Positions 31,788-32,000 of a stretch of 32,000 nucleotides of DNA are shown here, piece by piece. Within the stretch, counting starts at the first letter, position 1; the number at the start of each line of letters is the position of its first letter. The stretch comes from Xylella taiwanensis. Lineage in GTDB: Bacteria; Pseudomonadota; Gammaproteobacteria; Xanthomonadales; Xanthomonadaceae. The DNA lies in assembly GCF_013177435.1 (NCBI RefSeq), contig NZ_CP053627.1:570001-602000 (forward strand). Direction: 5' to 3'. A model generated the notes under the pieces. The model worked only from the letters and a program-made list of their open reading frames with translations, did not search any database and was not told the DNA's origin. The position numbers and the translations under genes are program-made.

Positions 31788-32000
31788 GTGGCATTAGCGG
31801 CGTTCGATACATTGAGTTTTGCTAACCAGCTTAAAAACGCGGGGGTTCCTCCTGCGCACGCCGAGGCACAAGCCGAAGCGTTAGCGGAGGTCTTCGAAAC
31901 GCATCTGCAACAACTTGCGACAAAGGCCGATCTGCGCGAGTTGGAGCTGAAGCTTGAATCGAAAATAGATAAAGGCTTCGCTGAAGTAGATAAAGGTTTC
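31788..32000 (+). CDS. DUF1640-like coiled-coil protein (3' end lies outside the window)
   Basis: GTG at 31788 is preceded by AAGGTAGGG. The open frame runs to the window end: (M)ALAAFDTLSFANQLKNAGVPPAHAEAQAEALAEVFETHLQQLATKADLRELELKLESKIDK.. . It is absent from the ORF track because no stop codon is reached. Confidence 0.6.
   Translation, partial: MALAAFDTLSFANQLKNAGVPPAHAEAQAEALAEVFETHLQQLATKADLRELELKLESKIDKGFAEVDKGF

Larger units (their letters stand above)
28330..32000. mobile_element. Int-proximal end of an integrated phage-like element (continues beyond the window)
   Basis: The order is AT-rich junction plus direct repeats, integrase, DUF4224 gene, pilin, SNF2-type helicase, then a divergent DUF1640 gene. 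The layout helicase -> xis-like -> int -> att mirrors the lambdoid xis-int-att order. The exact left boundary is not determinable here. Confidence 0.7.

Overview
This is a chromosomal window with about 50-55% GC by eye. The gene content and order suggest a Xanthomonadaceae, Xylella-like genome: msbA-lpxK, pncB, tsaC, topA-smg-dprA-LysM, and the divergent def-fmt-rsmB followed by an ArnT-like glycosyltransferase. That taxonomic guess is an inference, not a database result. The housekeeping genes read cleanly. They are separated by unusually large gene-poor or degraded stretches at 1824-3146, 6802-8688, 9848-10669, 11864-13130, 13710-15701 and 18836-20243. Read frame by frame, these stretches contain broken accessory genes: a DUF488 gene and its convergent partner (both frameshifted), a Panacea/DUF4065 antitoxin-type gene that is full length but carries three in-frame stops, and an IS5-like transposase remnant. 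The right end (about 28330 to 32000 and beyond) is the int-proximal end of an integrated phage-like element. Its order is att-side 16-nt direct repeats, tyrosine integrase, DUF4224 excisionase-like gene, a type IVa pilin gene whose start overlaps the stop of an SNF2-type helicase, then a divergent DUF1640 gene. The prophage-borne pilin and the Panacea locus are the most interesting items. I could not recognise any tRNA, rRNA, CRISPR array, reverse transcriptase or known riboswitch by eye. All family calls rest on motifs I can read in the translations. No searches were run.
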